Shown: piece by piece, positions 12,135 to 22,774 of the stretch
How positions within the stretch are numbered: position 1 is the first letter of the stretch
Layout: each line of letters opens with the position of its first letter
Source of the DNA: Chiloscyllium plagiosum
Taxonomy: Eukaryota
Reading direction: 5' to 3'
Assembly: GCF_004010195.1 (NCBI RefSeq)
Contig: NC_057718.1
Span: 76,469,642-76,526,354 of the forward strand
DNA: 56,713 bases
Translations under genes and position numbers: made by a program
The notes under the pieces: model-generated
Databases searched by the model: none
What the model saw: only the letters and a program-made list of their open reading frames with translations
What the model was told of the DNA's origin: nothing

Positions 12135-12470
12135 AAATCTTTTCCCTCTCACCTTAAACCTATGCCCTTTAGTTTTAGTCCCGTACCCTGGCAAAAAAAC
12201 CTTAGCTATTCACCCTATGCATGTCCCTCATAATTTTATAAACTTCTATAAGCTTACCCCAGGGAAAACAGCCCCAGCCTATTCAGCCTCTCCCTATAGA
12301 TCAAATCCTCCAACCCTGGCAACATTCTTGTAAATCTTTTTTAAAACCTTTCAAATTTCACAACATCCTTCTGATAGTAGTGAGACAAGAATTGAACGCA
12401 GGATTCCAAAAACAGCTAATGTCCTGTACAGCCTCAACATGACCTCCCAACTCCTATATTCAGTGCACTA
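12135..12470 (-). mobile_element. CR1 LINE fragment (ORF2 C-terminal region)
   Basis: ccctctcaccttaaacctatgccc...ccctcataattttataaac...caaccctggcaacattcttgtaaatc, reverse complement of the CR1 ORF2 end. Confidence 0.8.
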
Positions 12471-13159
12471 GTAGTCCCTGTCAATACTACTTTAAGGGAG
12501 TTGGTGTAAGCTAACTGGAGTTAGGCCTGCTTTGTCTGCCAATATGGCAATTGGATATGCAGATACTGAGCTGGACAAATTAGAAACTCTTTTTCTGAGT
12601 ACCGGGACATTGGTCCTGTTCGATCGATAATTATGAAGCTCCTCAAACTTACCTTTAATTTCCTTCAACCCTGTGACTCCCCTCAAGTATTTCCAACCCA
12701 TCCATGCTCACTTACCCATGTAACCCTCAGGCTAACGCATCTAGTGTCCACTATGTATAGATTTCTTGAGCCCTATTATCACTTGGGAGCCGATGAGATG
12801 CTCATAAAACTGACAAACTAAATTAACAGCCTTTCAAAACCCATTTGAGAAAAACTTATAACTGGTCATAAAATCTACAAGATAAACAAATTGATATTTC
12901 CAGCTGTATCAATAGCCCCATTTCATGATGGGATTTTGCAACTCAAATGTAAATTATGTCAACAAAAGTACCAAAACTGAAAACATTAAAGCTTTTGATG
13001 TCAGTCTCAGAACTTAACCATCCGTTCAAGCTTTAAAGCTGGAAAAAAGGAAATATAAACTATCAATAACATAATTAATCTAGGTGTCAATTGCTAGTCA
13101 AATATGAATATCAATATTTTTTGATGCAGAAGAACACATTACACTATGGATAATAAATC

Positions 13160-13965
13160 ACAAAGAGTCAGCACATCGGCACAGTGAATATTTAAGAAGT
13201 GAAATGAAATGTTATTTTATTTTGCAAGGAGAAGTGAGATGGAGTATGAAGTAGGGAAGTCTGGCCACAACTGTATAGGCCAACTATACAGATCACACAT
13301 ACCCTACTGTGGACAGTTTTTGTCACTTTACTGAAAGAGTGAAATACCTACATTGGAAGCAGTTCAGAAAGGTCCATTAAATTTACTGTGAGATGAGGGA
13401 TTTATCTTACGAGGAAAGTTTGAGCTAGTCAGACCTATACTCACTGGAGTTTAAAAGAATAAGAGGTAATCATAAGGCAGTATTAGAGAATATAGAATCA
13501 GGATGCACAATTTAAAAATAAAAGATGTCTCATATGTGATGGCAATGGGGAGGACTTTATTCTCTCAAAGAGTTGTTAGTATTGGAGGACTCCACCCTTA
13601 TGACTAGTGGAGGTTGTGCCATTGATTTTATTCAAAGGTAATGTCAGGTGGATTGTTGATTAACCAAGTTAAAAATCACACAACACCAGGTTATAGTCCA
13701 ACAGGTTTAATTGGAAGCACACTAGCTTTTGGAGCGATGCTCCTTCATCAGGTGATCATGAAACGCTCGATCGTAACATCGGCATCTCCAAATGTTGATT
13801 GACCAGGAGTTGTGGATTAGGGGAGGCAGGTGGGACAAGGAGTTAAGGCCACAATCTGATCATCTATAGAGTTATAGAGATGTACAGCACGGAAACAGAC
13901 CCTTAGTAATCTTACTAAATGGTGAAGCAGGCTGAATGACCTACTCTTATTTCTTATGTCCTGTG
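13160..13965 (+). mobile_element. Degenerate CR1 LINE 3' fragment hosting a PLE mini-insert and a short antisense CR1 tail (13868-13905)
   Basis: ttggaagcagttcagaaagg...ctatactcactggagtttaaaagaataagagg...ctctcaaagagttgttagt...ggctgaatgacctactctt. Confidence 0.7.
13667..13792 (-). mobile_element. PLE-derived mini-insert, hammerhead family B, with an inverted 5' segment
   Basis: Minus strand CAC-CUGAUGA-A-GGAGC-AUC-GCUCC-AAAA-GCUA-GUG; 13-bp TSD tgttgattaacca (13654-13666) / tgttgattgacca (13793-13805). Confidence 0.8.
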
Positions 13966-14185
13966 GTTCTCATGCATCTGAAGACTTTTTCACTGTCACT
14001 TAGCTTTTCAGAGCAAAGTTCAATTGTTAATCACTGCGTTTGACTGGGGATAGTGTGAAGGTGATGCACAGTCTTAAAATTTCCTAACCTTTATGAAGCA
14101 GTGGAGTTCTTCACTTGTCAACTGGCCACCACTGTCACTCACCTCAGTGTCTGGAAAGTCATACTGACTGGATTGCACTTTCAAG

Positions 14186-14544
14186 TAGATCACCGAATCC
14201 CGACAGTGTGGAAGCAAGCTATTTGGCCCATTAAGACCACACTGACCCTTCAAAAGGCATCCCCCCTGACTCAACCTCAACCCTGTAGCCTTGCATTTCC
14301 CTGTAGCCCTGCATTTCCCATGGCTAATCTACATTGCCTGCACATCCCCGGTCACTATGGGCAATTTAGCATAGCCAATCCACCTTACCTGCACATCTTT
14401 GGACTGTGGGAGGAAACCAGAGTACCTGGAGGCAACCCATGCAGACACGGGGAGAATGTGTAAACTCCATGCAGTCGCCTGAGGATGAAATTGAACGCAG
14501 GTCCTTCACACTGTGAGGCAGCAGTGCTAGCCACCATGCCACCC
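14186..14544 (-). mobile_element. HE1 SINE (full length)
   Basis: Head, V-domain and tail all recognisable on the minus strand. Confidence 0.9.
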
Positions 14545-14669
14545 TTAAGTATTCCATAATCTCACCAGTAGTCAGTTAGGCTAGCTCCTAGTGGTCAGAA
14601 TAATCATCAATATTGACAAGATAATCAGTTCCTCTGAGAGGAATATACTTCTTCTGAACTGAAGAATCG

Positions 14670-15125
14670 TTCTGAAGATGCATCATATTCAACTTGGATC
14701 ATTAACTCTGTTTTCTCCACAGATGTTATGGGTGGCACAGTGGCACAGTGGTTACCACTGCTGCCTCACAGCGCCAGAGACCCAGGTTCAATTCCAGCCT
14801 CAGGCGACTGACTGTGTGGAGTTTGCACATTCTTCCCTTGTCTGCGTGGGTTTCCTCCGGGTGTTCCGGTTTCCTCCCACAGTCCAAAAATGTGCAGGTT
14901 AGGTGAATTGACCATGCTGAATTGCCCATAGTGTTAAGGGCAGGGGTAAATGTAGGGGAATGGGTCTGGGTGGGTTGCGCTTCGGCAGGTCGGTGTGGAC
15001 TTGTTGGGCCGAAGGGCCTGTTTCCACATTCTAAGTAATCTAATCTAATCTAATCTAATCTAATCTAATCTAAAATTGTTGCCAAACCCATTGAGTTTCC
15101 CCAGCACTCTTGGTCTTTATTTGAG
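14670..15125 (+). mobile_element. Old PLE 3'-tail remnant split by the HE1 SINE at 14730
   Basis: ttctgaagatg...ttaactctgttttctccacagatg | ttgccaaacccattgagtttccccagcactcttggtctttattt resembles the PLE tail at 32665-32760. Confidence 0.5.
14730..15073 (+). mobile_element. HE1 SINE (full length) with (TAATC)n tail
   Basis: gggtggcacagtggcacagtggttaccactgctgcctcacagcgccagagacccaggttcaattcc (A and B boxes), V-domain, tail and about 7 TAATC units. Confidence 0.95.
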
Positions 15126-15954
15126 TTAAAGGCTCAGCATCAAGGGGCCCTGAACCTCCATGTTCCGTTCTTTCTGGTAGACTTTGTTGAGACCATCAGT
15201 ATTGAATGTCCACACATTTCCACACACCTCTTTGAATTGCAACTTAATCTCTCGACATTACCCACAAACCCTGATCCTACAGCATAGTCATGCATTGTGC
15301 TTAAGTGTTCTCCCATTGAAGCCAGGGTAGTTGTGACCATTGATGACCACCAGTAATATGGTATACCCATTTCCTCCCATACTTCATCATCTCCCCCTTA
15401 CACATTGAGTTTCCTTTCTTTCACAATTATTGTCCCTTCTGCATCCCAGAATATTGCCCCAATCCCCAGAATTAATTTCCTCAACTTCCATTGAACTATT
15501 AGAACTGACAATAGCTTACCTCTGATCAACTTGGAAGGAAGGTCCAATTGATGACAGAACAGACCCCTGACTGATTCCTGTGCAGCACCACATCTGACTT
15601 CCTGTGAATTCCCAGGCTAGTTGCACTGGACCTGCCAGACTGACCATAGCCCATTCCCTGGACCATAATGATATGGAACCATGTATCCTAACTGCCCACA
15701 TGGCCAACTGACCATGTCCAAGTCCCTGAAATTATATCAGATGCTGCCATCATGGGAACCTCTGACTGATTACTTATTCCCTTGGCCTGATGGAGGACTA
15801 CTCCACACAGACTTTGAGCTTAACCGTTTGGTTGAAGCATCATCCACAATGTTTGCCAAGTGTTTGCTGCTGACATGTGGTGCAGGTGTGAAATTGAGCA
15901 TGATCCCATACAACACAGCACCCACCTGTTTGATTAAACACTGCAGATAACCAT

Positions 15955-16320
15955 ATGCAAGTTAGGTGAAAGAGCATAAAACTGGCAGGTGGAAGATAAT
16001 GAGTGAAAATGTGAGTGTATGCATTTTGGCATGAAGAATAGAGGAACTTGAAGTTATTTAAATGGAGAAAGACTGCAGAAGGCTACAACACAGTGGGTAC
16101 TGGAGTCCTTGTACATGAAACACAAAAAGCTAGTGTTCAAGTTCAGTTGGAAAAGGGAAAGGCAAATGGAATGTAGGTATTAATTTCAAAGGGAATGGAG
16201 TTTTAAAAGTGGTAGGTTTCGCTAAGATTAAACAAGCAATGATTTATACCAACCTATAATGCTGTGAACAGTTTTGATCCTCCAGACTAAGGAATTATAC
16301 TGATATTGAATGCAGCGAAC
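15955..16320 (+). mobile_element. Degenerate CR1 RT fragment
   Basis: tggcaggtggaagataat...tgcattttggcatgaagaatag...tatttaaatggagaaagactgcag. Confidence 0.7.
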
Positions 16321-16409
16321 TTATTACGTGGTGTCAGAGTAAAGTTGAGATTGAGTGTTGAAGAGCTGTTAATCAGCTGCATTGAACAGGCCATACATTT
16401 GCTTGCCCT

Positions 16410-16560
16410 CTACTCTGAGCTTTGTTTCAGCTCATAGTTATCTGCTGGGCAGAGGAAATGCTTTAAGGACACTCTCAAAGTCTCTGTGAAGAAGTACAAC
16501 ATCTGCACCAACTCATGGCAATCTCTTGCCCAAAAATGTCCTTCTGGAGAAGAATCATCT
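16410..16560 (+). mobile_element. RTE-clade LINE fragment
   Basis: Reads GQRKCFKDTLKVSVKKYNICTNSWQSLAQ. Confidence 0.7.
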
Positions 16561-17031
16561 GTGAAAGTGTTGACCATCCCTTGCATTTCTGACAGATCAA
16601 GATGGAGACCATAAGCACCTACCTGACTGCCCCACCTGACTGAATCCAGAATTGGATGTTCAGTCATCTCAGAATCTTTGACTTCAGGGTGGAGGATAAT
16701 ACCCTTAGTCTTGAGGGACTGTCTAGGAAAAGATAAAGAAGGCTAAAGGATGGATGCTTACAGCGAGTACCTCGAAGTGGAGGTCACACGACTCTGACAA
16801 AACAGGAGGCACATGAATTTCCGTTCATAAGAATGCTATTTAACATTTTAATTAATTATGTGAGTTTAAAGGAAGGTAGATTTCAAAAACAGCAATGTTT
16901 GTGACATTGTACATTGATTAATATCACGATCTGCTTCCACGGCATACTATCAGTGGATGTTAAGTGTGCAGCCATTAATTAATTTATTTTCCAATACGGC
17001 ATTTACCTGCTTCATGCTAGAGGTAAACCAT

Positions 17032-17157
17032 AATCATATGAAGATGCTGTTGTGGACTGGGTGGACAAAGTTAAAAATCATACAACAGCAGATTATAGTC
17101 CAACAGGTTTATTTGGAAGCACTACCTTTCTGAGCGCTGCTCCTTCATTTGGTGGTT
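17032..17157 (-). mobile_element. PLE-derived mini-insert, family B (degenerate hammerhead)
   Basis: aaagttaaaaatcatacaacagcagattatagtccaacaggtttatttggaagcactacctttctgagcgctgctccttcatttggtgg, homologous to the copies at 13667 and 20240. Confidence 0.78.
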
Positions 17158-17431
17158 GGAATTGTAAGGGAATTTGAAGCATTCATAAAATATTCATTAC
17201 TGGGTCCCATTTTAACCCCCTTTACTCTTGTACTCTAACCGCATTGCAATAAAGTTTAGGTTATCATTTACTTTCTTGCAGAAACTGCAAGTTACACTCC
17301 TATGATTTATATGCAAGGACAAATTCCTCTGAATAGCAATACTTACTAGTCTCTACTAATTTATGTTATTTTAAACTTTCAGCATCTACAGTGTTTAGTT
17401 TTGCATTTATAACAATCCCATAGGTATGTTC

Positions 17432-17765
17432 CATAGAATCCCTATAATGTGAAAACATGCTATTCAGCCAAATGAGTCCACACCGACCCTCTGAACAGCA
17501 TCCCGCCCAGACGTATCCCCCTGCATTTCCCACGGCTAACATGCCTAACCTATGCATCCCTGGCCAGTATGGGACAATTTAGCATGGCCAAAGAACCTAA
17601 CTTACACAACTTTGGACTGTGGAAGGAAACCGAAGCACCCAGCAGAAACCCATGCAGACATGGGGAGAACATATAAACTCCACACAATCGCCCAAGGGTG
17701 GAATCAAACCTAGGCTCCTGGCTCTGTGAGGCAGCAGTGTTAACCACTGTGCCACCATGCTACCC
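17432..17765 (-). mobile_element. HE1 SINE (full length)
   Basis: Minus-strand head, V-domain and tail. Confidence 0.9.
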
Positions 17766-19839
17766 ACGTTTGATAAAATGCTGTGCTTTATCATTTTTCC
17801 TTGCAAAGTGAGTAATTTTCACTTCCCTGCAGTATACTCTAAACTCCACAACAGAGTCTAATCTCACCCCCATGGGACAGCCTTTTTTTGATGTTGGAGA
17901 TTCCTGTCTTATCACTCTAAGATTTGGTGGGGTCAGTCCTCACTGATACCCTGCGGCTGAAAGTGGGAATTCTACTCCCAAGTCCCACCTCAGAGAGCTA
18001 CTGACCCAGGAGGTGAATAGGTGAGGAGAGGAACACCTACATCTGGATAAGGGGCCTATGATGGAGGAGCCCACACCTTTCTTGTCCGACACCCAGATGG
18101 CATAATCTATCAGGCTTTCCCATGTCCCTGAATGCCTCCTGCCAGCAGCCAAAGAAGTGGCCATGAATAGGGCAGCAATTAGTCACTTACCTTAACAGGG
18201 GAGGGGTTGGTCTGGTCACCCTAGGCCTGTGCATAGGTCTCCTGTAGACAAGAGGTTGCCAGAAAGGATACCAGGATTCTCTCTGGGGGGACATTATGAT
18301 TTTCCCTATAGGATCCAGAAATCCATAGGATTTCAATTTCTTGCACATTTTCAATGTCACTGTCTATAACTGTCACTGTGTAAAAATAATTAGTATATTT
18401 GAACTCAGGATTTCTACTTGCTGTTCTGCTTCTTCATCTCAATCACAACCCAAGGGTATGTTTGTGTTTGTTCTACTTGAATGCTTTCACCATAAATCTT
18501 AATCTTTCTGTTTTGAATACCAAGTAGGTGGCTGGGTGAGTGGAGGGGAGTGTGGGGGCATGAAAATTGAATACAGAAGTTTTTTTTAATGATAAGCTTA
18601 GTGTGAAACCTAATTGTCAGCGGCTATCATCAAGTTCAACATCCTAAAATTCTGACCCTTTAGGTTGGTTTGTTGAATTAAGCAACAACAAGAAGAAACA
18701 ACAGAATCTTCAGAACATAAAAAGTAATGCATTTAAACTGAGTTAAGTTGGTAACATGTTTCTAGAAAAAGCCTTAGTTCATCTTTGAAATCAGGCTTCA
18801 ACCTATACATGTCTAAGGAATGTGAAATAATGATATTTTACATCTTTTACATTAGATTTTGATCTGTCATTGATGTTCAATAAGGTAAGCACTGTTGTTT
18901 ATGAAATGGCACATTCTCTTATTTTCTAATTTGACCTGTTGAATTCCTGATAATGTTCAGCTACTGTCTAAGGCTATTTCTTTCACAATCCCTGCTAAGT
19001 ATCATATACTTGGAAATAGCAGAATTTCTATGAAGCACTAATTTGATTTTTAATTAATCATGAACAATAGCCTATATTGATAGTCACAATCATGAACTAG
19101 AATTAACATTAGAATTAGATTTTATTGTCACCTGTACTCAAGCATAGGAATACATGAGTACAGTGAAAAATATACAATCTAACCTCCACTTATTTAGTGC
19201 AGGGGTTAACAACTTTCTCACCTGAACAACGGTTTTTAAGAAAGCCGATCTTAACAACTATTGGGAGTTACAAGATGAAAGATCCATAAAGTGACAAATT
19301 GATAAGTGCCTCTGATTGAATGCATAACTTGCAGATTTAATTAGTAAAATGCAACTTTCGAATTTTTGTGTGAATACAACATGAAATTTAAAGAGAAAAT
19401 GCTGAATATTGATTTTTTAAATTTTATTTACTATAAATTTGCTCATAAAGTCATAATTAAAATAAAATTTAACTTAAGATGGGTAGAATTAAGACAATAT
19501 TTTGATAATTGATCCTGGTGATTTAGGCTTCTACTAGTACCTTCAGAATATTTTATCATCACAGCTTTATTAGAAACAATAATGGTCATAACCATAAAAC
19601 CAGCTTTTGAACCACAGGTATTATCTATACCTACTGAGTAACTCTATCACTCAAACAATTTCATTTAAAGCACGATGATTATTTTGTTAATAATAATCAC
19701 TTGAAAGAGTAAGGTGCAGTAGAGTGGTTAGTGTTTCTTCCCTATAACAAAAAAAGACTCTTACTTATCTTCACATTTAGTTAGACTGATTCATGTTAAC
19801 TTGATCAATAAATGAGATGCTTAAGAATTACATGTGACT

Positions 19840-20160
19840 CCAAATCTAATGTCTTTCATGTACTCAGGGCATCTCTATGTACCACATTGCAATTAATTAT
19901 TTTCAAAGTTTGTAATTATTGCTGTTTGGATGCAGTTGCCAACTTAGACACAAAGTTGTGCCACCAAGCAATGAGATGAGTAACCAATTGATCCATTTTG
20001 CGGCCATTGTTCAAGAAAAACATTTTTCTCAGAACAGTTGAAGAATTACTCTTCTTCTTTCTTAATACAATACCATAGATGTTGTTATACCTTCCTCAAC
20101 AGGCAGTCAGGCCTCAGTTTAATATCTCAAGTGAAGAAAGCCTCAGTTTAATATCACATG
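19840..20160 (-). mobile_element. Highly diverged Deu-domain SINE
   Basis: ...caaagtttgtaattattgctg...gcagttgccaacttagacacaaag...caacaggcagtcaggcctcagtttaatatctca. Confidence 0.5.
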
Positions 20161-20239
20161 TATCTCCATCGATATAGGAATCCATTAGTACAGCATCGTT
20201 CGTGAATTTGTATGAGTACAATTCATTCATTATGTGCAA

Positions 20240-20329
20240 AGTTAAAAATCACACAACACCAGGTTATAGTCCAACAGGTTTAATTGGAAGCACTAGCTTT
20301 CGGAGCGCCGCTCCTTTATCAGGTGGTTA
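20240..20329 (-). mobile_element. 90-bp PLE-derived mini-insert, family B
   Basis: Minus strand CAC-CUGAUAA-A-GGAGC-GGC-GCUCC-GAAA-GCUA-GUG plus tail; perfect 11-bp TSD attatgtgcaa at 20229-20239 and 20330-20340. Confidence 0.85.
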
Positions 20330-20461
20330 ATTATGTGCAATAGCCAGTGTTATCTGATGGCCAAGATCCTGGCTGGTAATGAGATTGAGTCTGTGTTTTC
20401 TTGAGGATCTTCACCTTCCTTATAGATTTAGAACTTGTTGTTTTAAATAATTGACAAAGCA

Positions 20462-20560
20462 TGGTTCTTGTGGCACAGTGGTCATGTCCCTACCCCTGAG
20501 CCAGAATGCCTGGTTTCAAGATATGTCATAATATCTGTGAAAACATTGATTAGAAAATGT
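20462..20560 (+). mobile_element. Short tRNA-derived SINE
   Basis: A-box-like tggcacagtgg, then tccctacccctgagccagaa, B-box-like ggtttcaag, short AT-rich tail. Confidence 0.5.
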
Positions 20561-20817
20561 CAACAAAGCATGTGGACTGTGCTGACCTACAGGCCTGGCT
20601 ATTATTGTGAGTGGGTTATAGAGGGAAGAGAGTGCAACTAGGTGAAGTTTCAGACTGGGTACTCTCACTTGATTGATACACTTGGTTTCCAGTTGACCAG
20701 AGGCACTTCAGAGGAAGTTTCATTTAAGGTATTATAGACTTCAATGTAATTAGAATGTTTATTCCTAATTTAGAAGCAGCTTAATGTTAAAAATGATTTA
20801 TTCTGTGAACTTACAGA

Positions 20818-21085
20818 TCAATTCCCACCTCAGGCGACTGTGTGAAGTTTACACATTCTCCCCATGTCTGCGTGAATTTCCTCTGGGTGCTCCGGTTTCC
20901 TCCCACAGTCCAAGAATGTACAGGTTAGGTGAATTGGCCATGCTAAAATGCCCGTAGTGTTATGTGAAGGGGTAAATGTAGGGGAATGGGTCTGGGTGGG
21001 TTGCGCTTTGGCGGGTTGGTGTGGACTTGTTGGGCCAAAGGGCCTGTTTCCACACTGTAAATAATCTAATCTAATCTAATCTAAA
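20818..21085 (+). mobile_element. HE1 SINE, 5'-truncated, (TAATC)n tail
   Basis: attcccacctcaggcgactgtgtgaagttt...gggccaaagggcctgtttccacactgtaaataatctaatct. Confidence 0.9.
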
Positions 21086-22774
21086 CTAAATAGCTGAATA
21101 AAATGTAATATAAATAATCCAGTGTTATTTGTGGTTCTGTATTTACTGGATAATTTTCAAATCTGGCCTATTTATTACAGCTAATGGACTGCATGCGTAA
21201 ATTCACTGGAAAGGTAAAAAAGTTCACAACTTAATAACATTTTTTTATTCTGTTTTTTACGACATTCAATGCACTGCAATGAAATGTTATTTATTTATTT
21301 ATGTTTGTTCTTGAATTTTGTGCACATTAATGAGGTGTGAGCTGGGGAGAAAACAGGTTTTTTGCCAAGGATAAGTGGAGCACTTATAGACACTATAAAC
21401 AGTAACTTTGAGATTGACTTTCACACAAATTAGGAATGGTTTTCATTTCTCAGCCATTGTAGGCAATTGACTGTTTTAAATGGAGGTGTTTTAGGCTGAG
21501 GATTATACTGAAAGACAGAAAAACATCAATTTGTGTTCTGCAATGAGAATTAATTCACTTGAAACTGACAGACAAGAGTTCCCCCACTGAACTGAGTTGA
21601 CCATTTATACCACAGTTAATGTCTAATATGTCACAAACCACAGTCTCAACAGATAATACAATTCTTCTGGGGAAATTTGACTTTGTGCAATATTTTAAAA
21701 TGAATGATAGTGAATTAACCATCTGTTTTACATCTGTCCCAATACTCAAATCAATTTTAACTGAAGCCAATGGAAGCAGAAATTGTGAAAATTGTAAAAT
21801 GAGCTGTTGATCCTCAAAGCTCATTGTACACTATCAAAGTATAATCAATCCAATTTTCTTTTCATTCAAAGTATCAAATCTTTGAAAATGAAATGATCAG
21901 TAAAAAACTTGGGGAACAGTTCAAATGAGGGTAAATATGAATCCAGCAAGTGGCCTTGAATCAAGATTCAATTAATTCAATTTTCCAGCAATTCTCCTCT
22001 CGGTGTTAATCCTTCCAGATCCATAAGCAATATTCCCCAGCAGCTTTTTTCCTTCATGATTAACATGATACATTTGCACAGCTAATTACATTTACCATTC
22101 CCTATAAACATGGAAGACTGGAAGTTTGCCAGTTGGAGGGCTGTTGCTTTGTATTCCCTTCCTGACAGTCTGAGGTCTTTATGTCTCTTTAAACCAGAGA
22201 AACTTGAATCTCTTCGATTTCCTTAATGGAGGACATCTTCACTGCTGTAATAAGCAATTTCTTCTTAGTGGTATGTTGAATATTTGGACAATGGTCATCC
22301 TGTCTCAGTGGTGCTTCCTTGTCAAGTTTTGTTCACCACATCTTCAATCTGGGTCAGCAGATTTTTATTCTCAATCAGTCAGTGGATTTCTGCTGAAGCA
22401 TGTAATTTTTTTTTACTTGCACTACTTGAGTGGTTTGGACTCTCATTTGCCTCCAGTAATCTCAGTATTGGTGAAACTAGCACGTTCACGGTCTCACGGT
22501 GTTGTACTCTGAGTTACCTCAGTTCCAAACTTTTAATTTGGCTCTGGTGTAGAATGTTATTCATGGCTATCTCACTGTTTGGTTTGCCTTGTAAACCTTG
22601 CTGACTCTTGCAGTCTGAGTTTTCTTCACAGTTAATGGAAATGGAAAACATTTGCACCAATTTAGTACAGACACTGGTTCCCATCTCATTGATCATACAA
22701 AACAAATTCTTTTGTGCTAACAGAACTAACTTCATTCAATTGTTTTCTATTAAGGTTTTTATTAGGCTTTTTCA

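Noticed and set aside
14678..14929. Recurring ORFs such as LAWPIHLTCTFLDCGRKPEHPEETHADTGRMCKLHT
   Set aside because: Incidental translations of HE1 SINE copies, not genes
15036..15073. (TAATC)n and other short periodic repeats as telomere-like or CRISPR-like arrays
   Set aside because: Simple retroposon tails with no spacer structure; the DNA is eukaryotic
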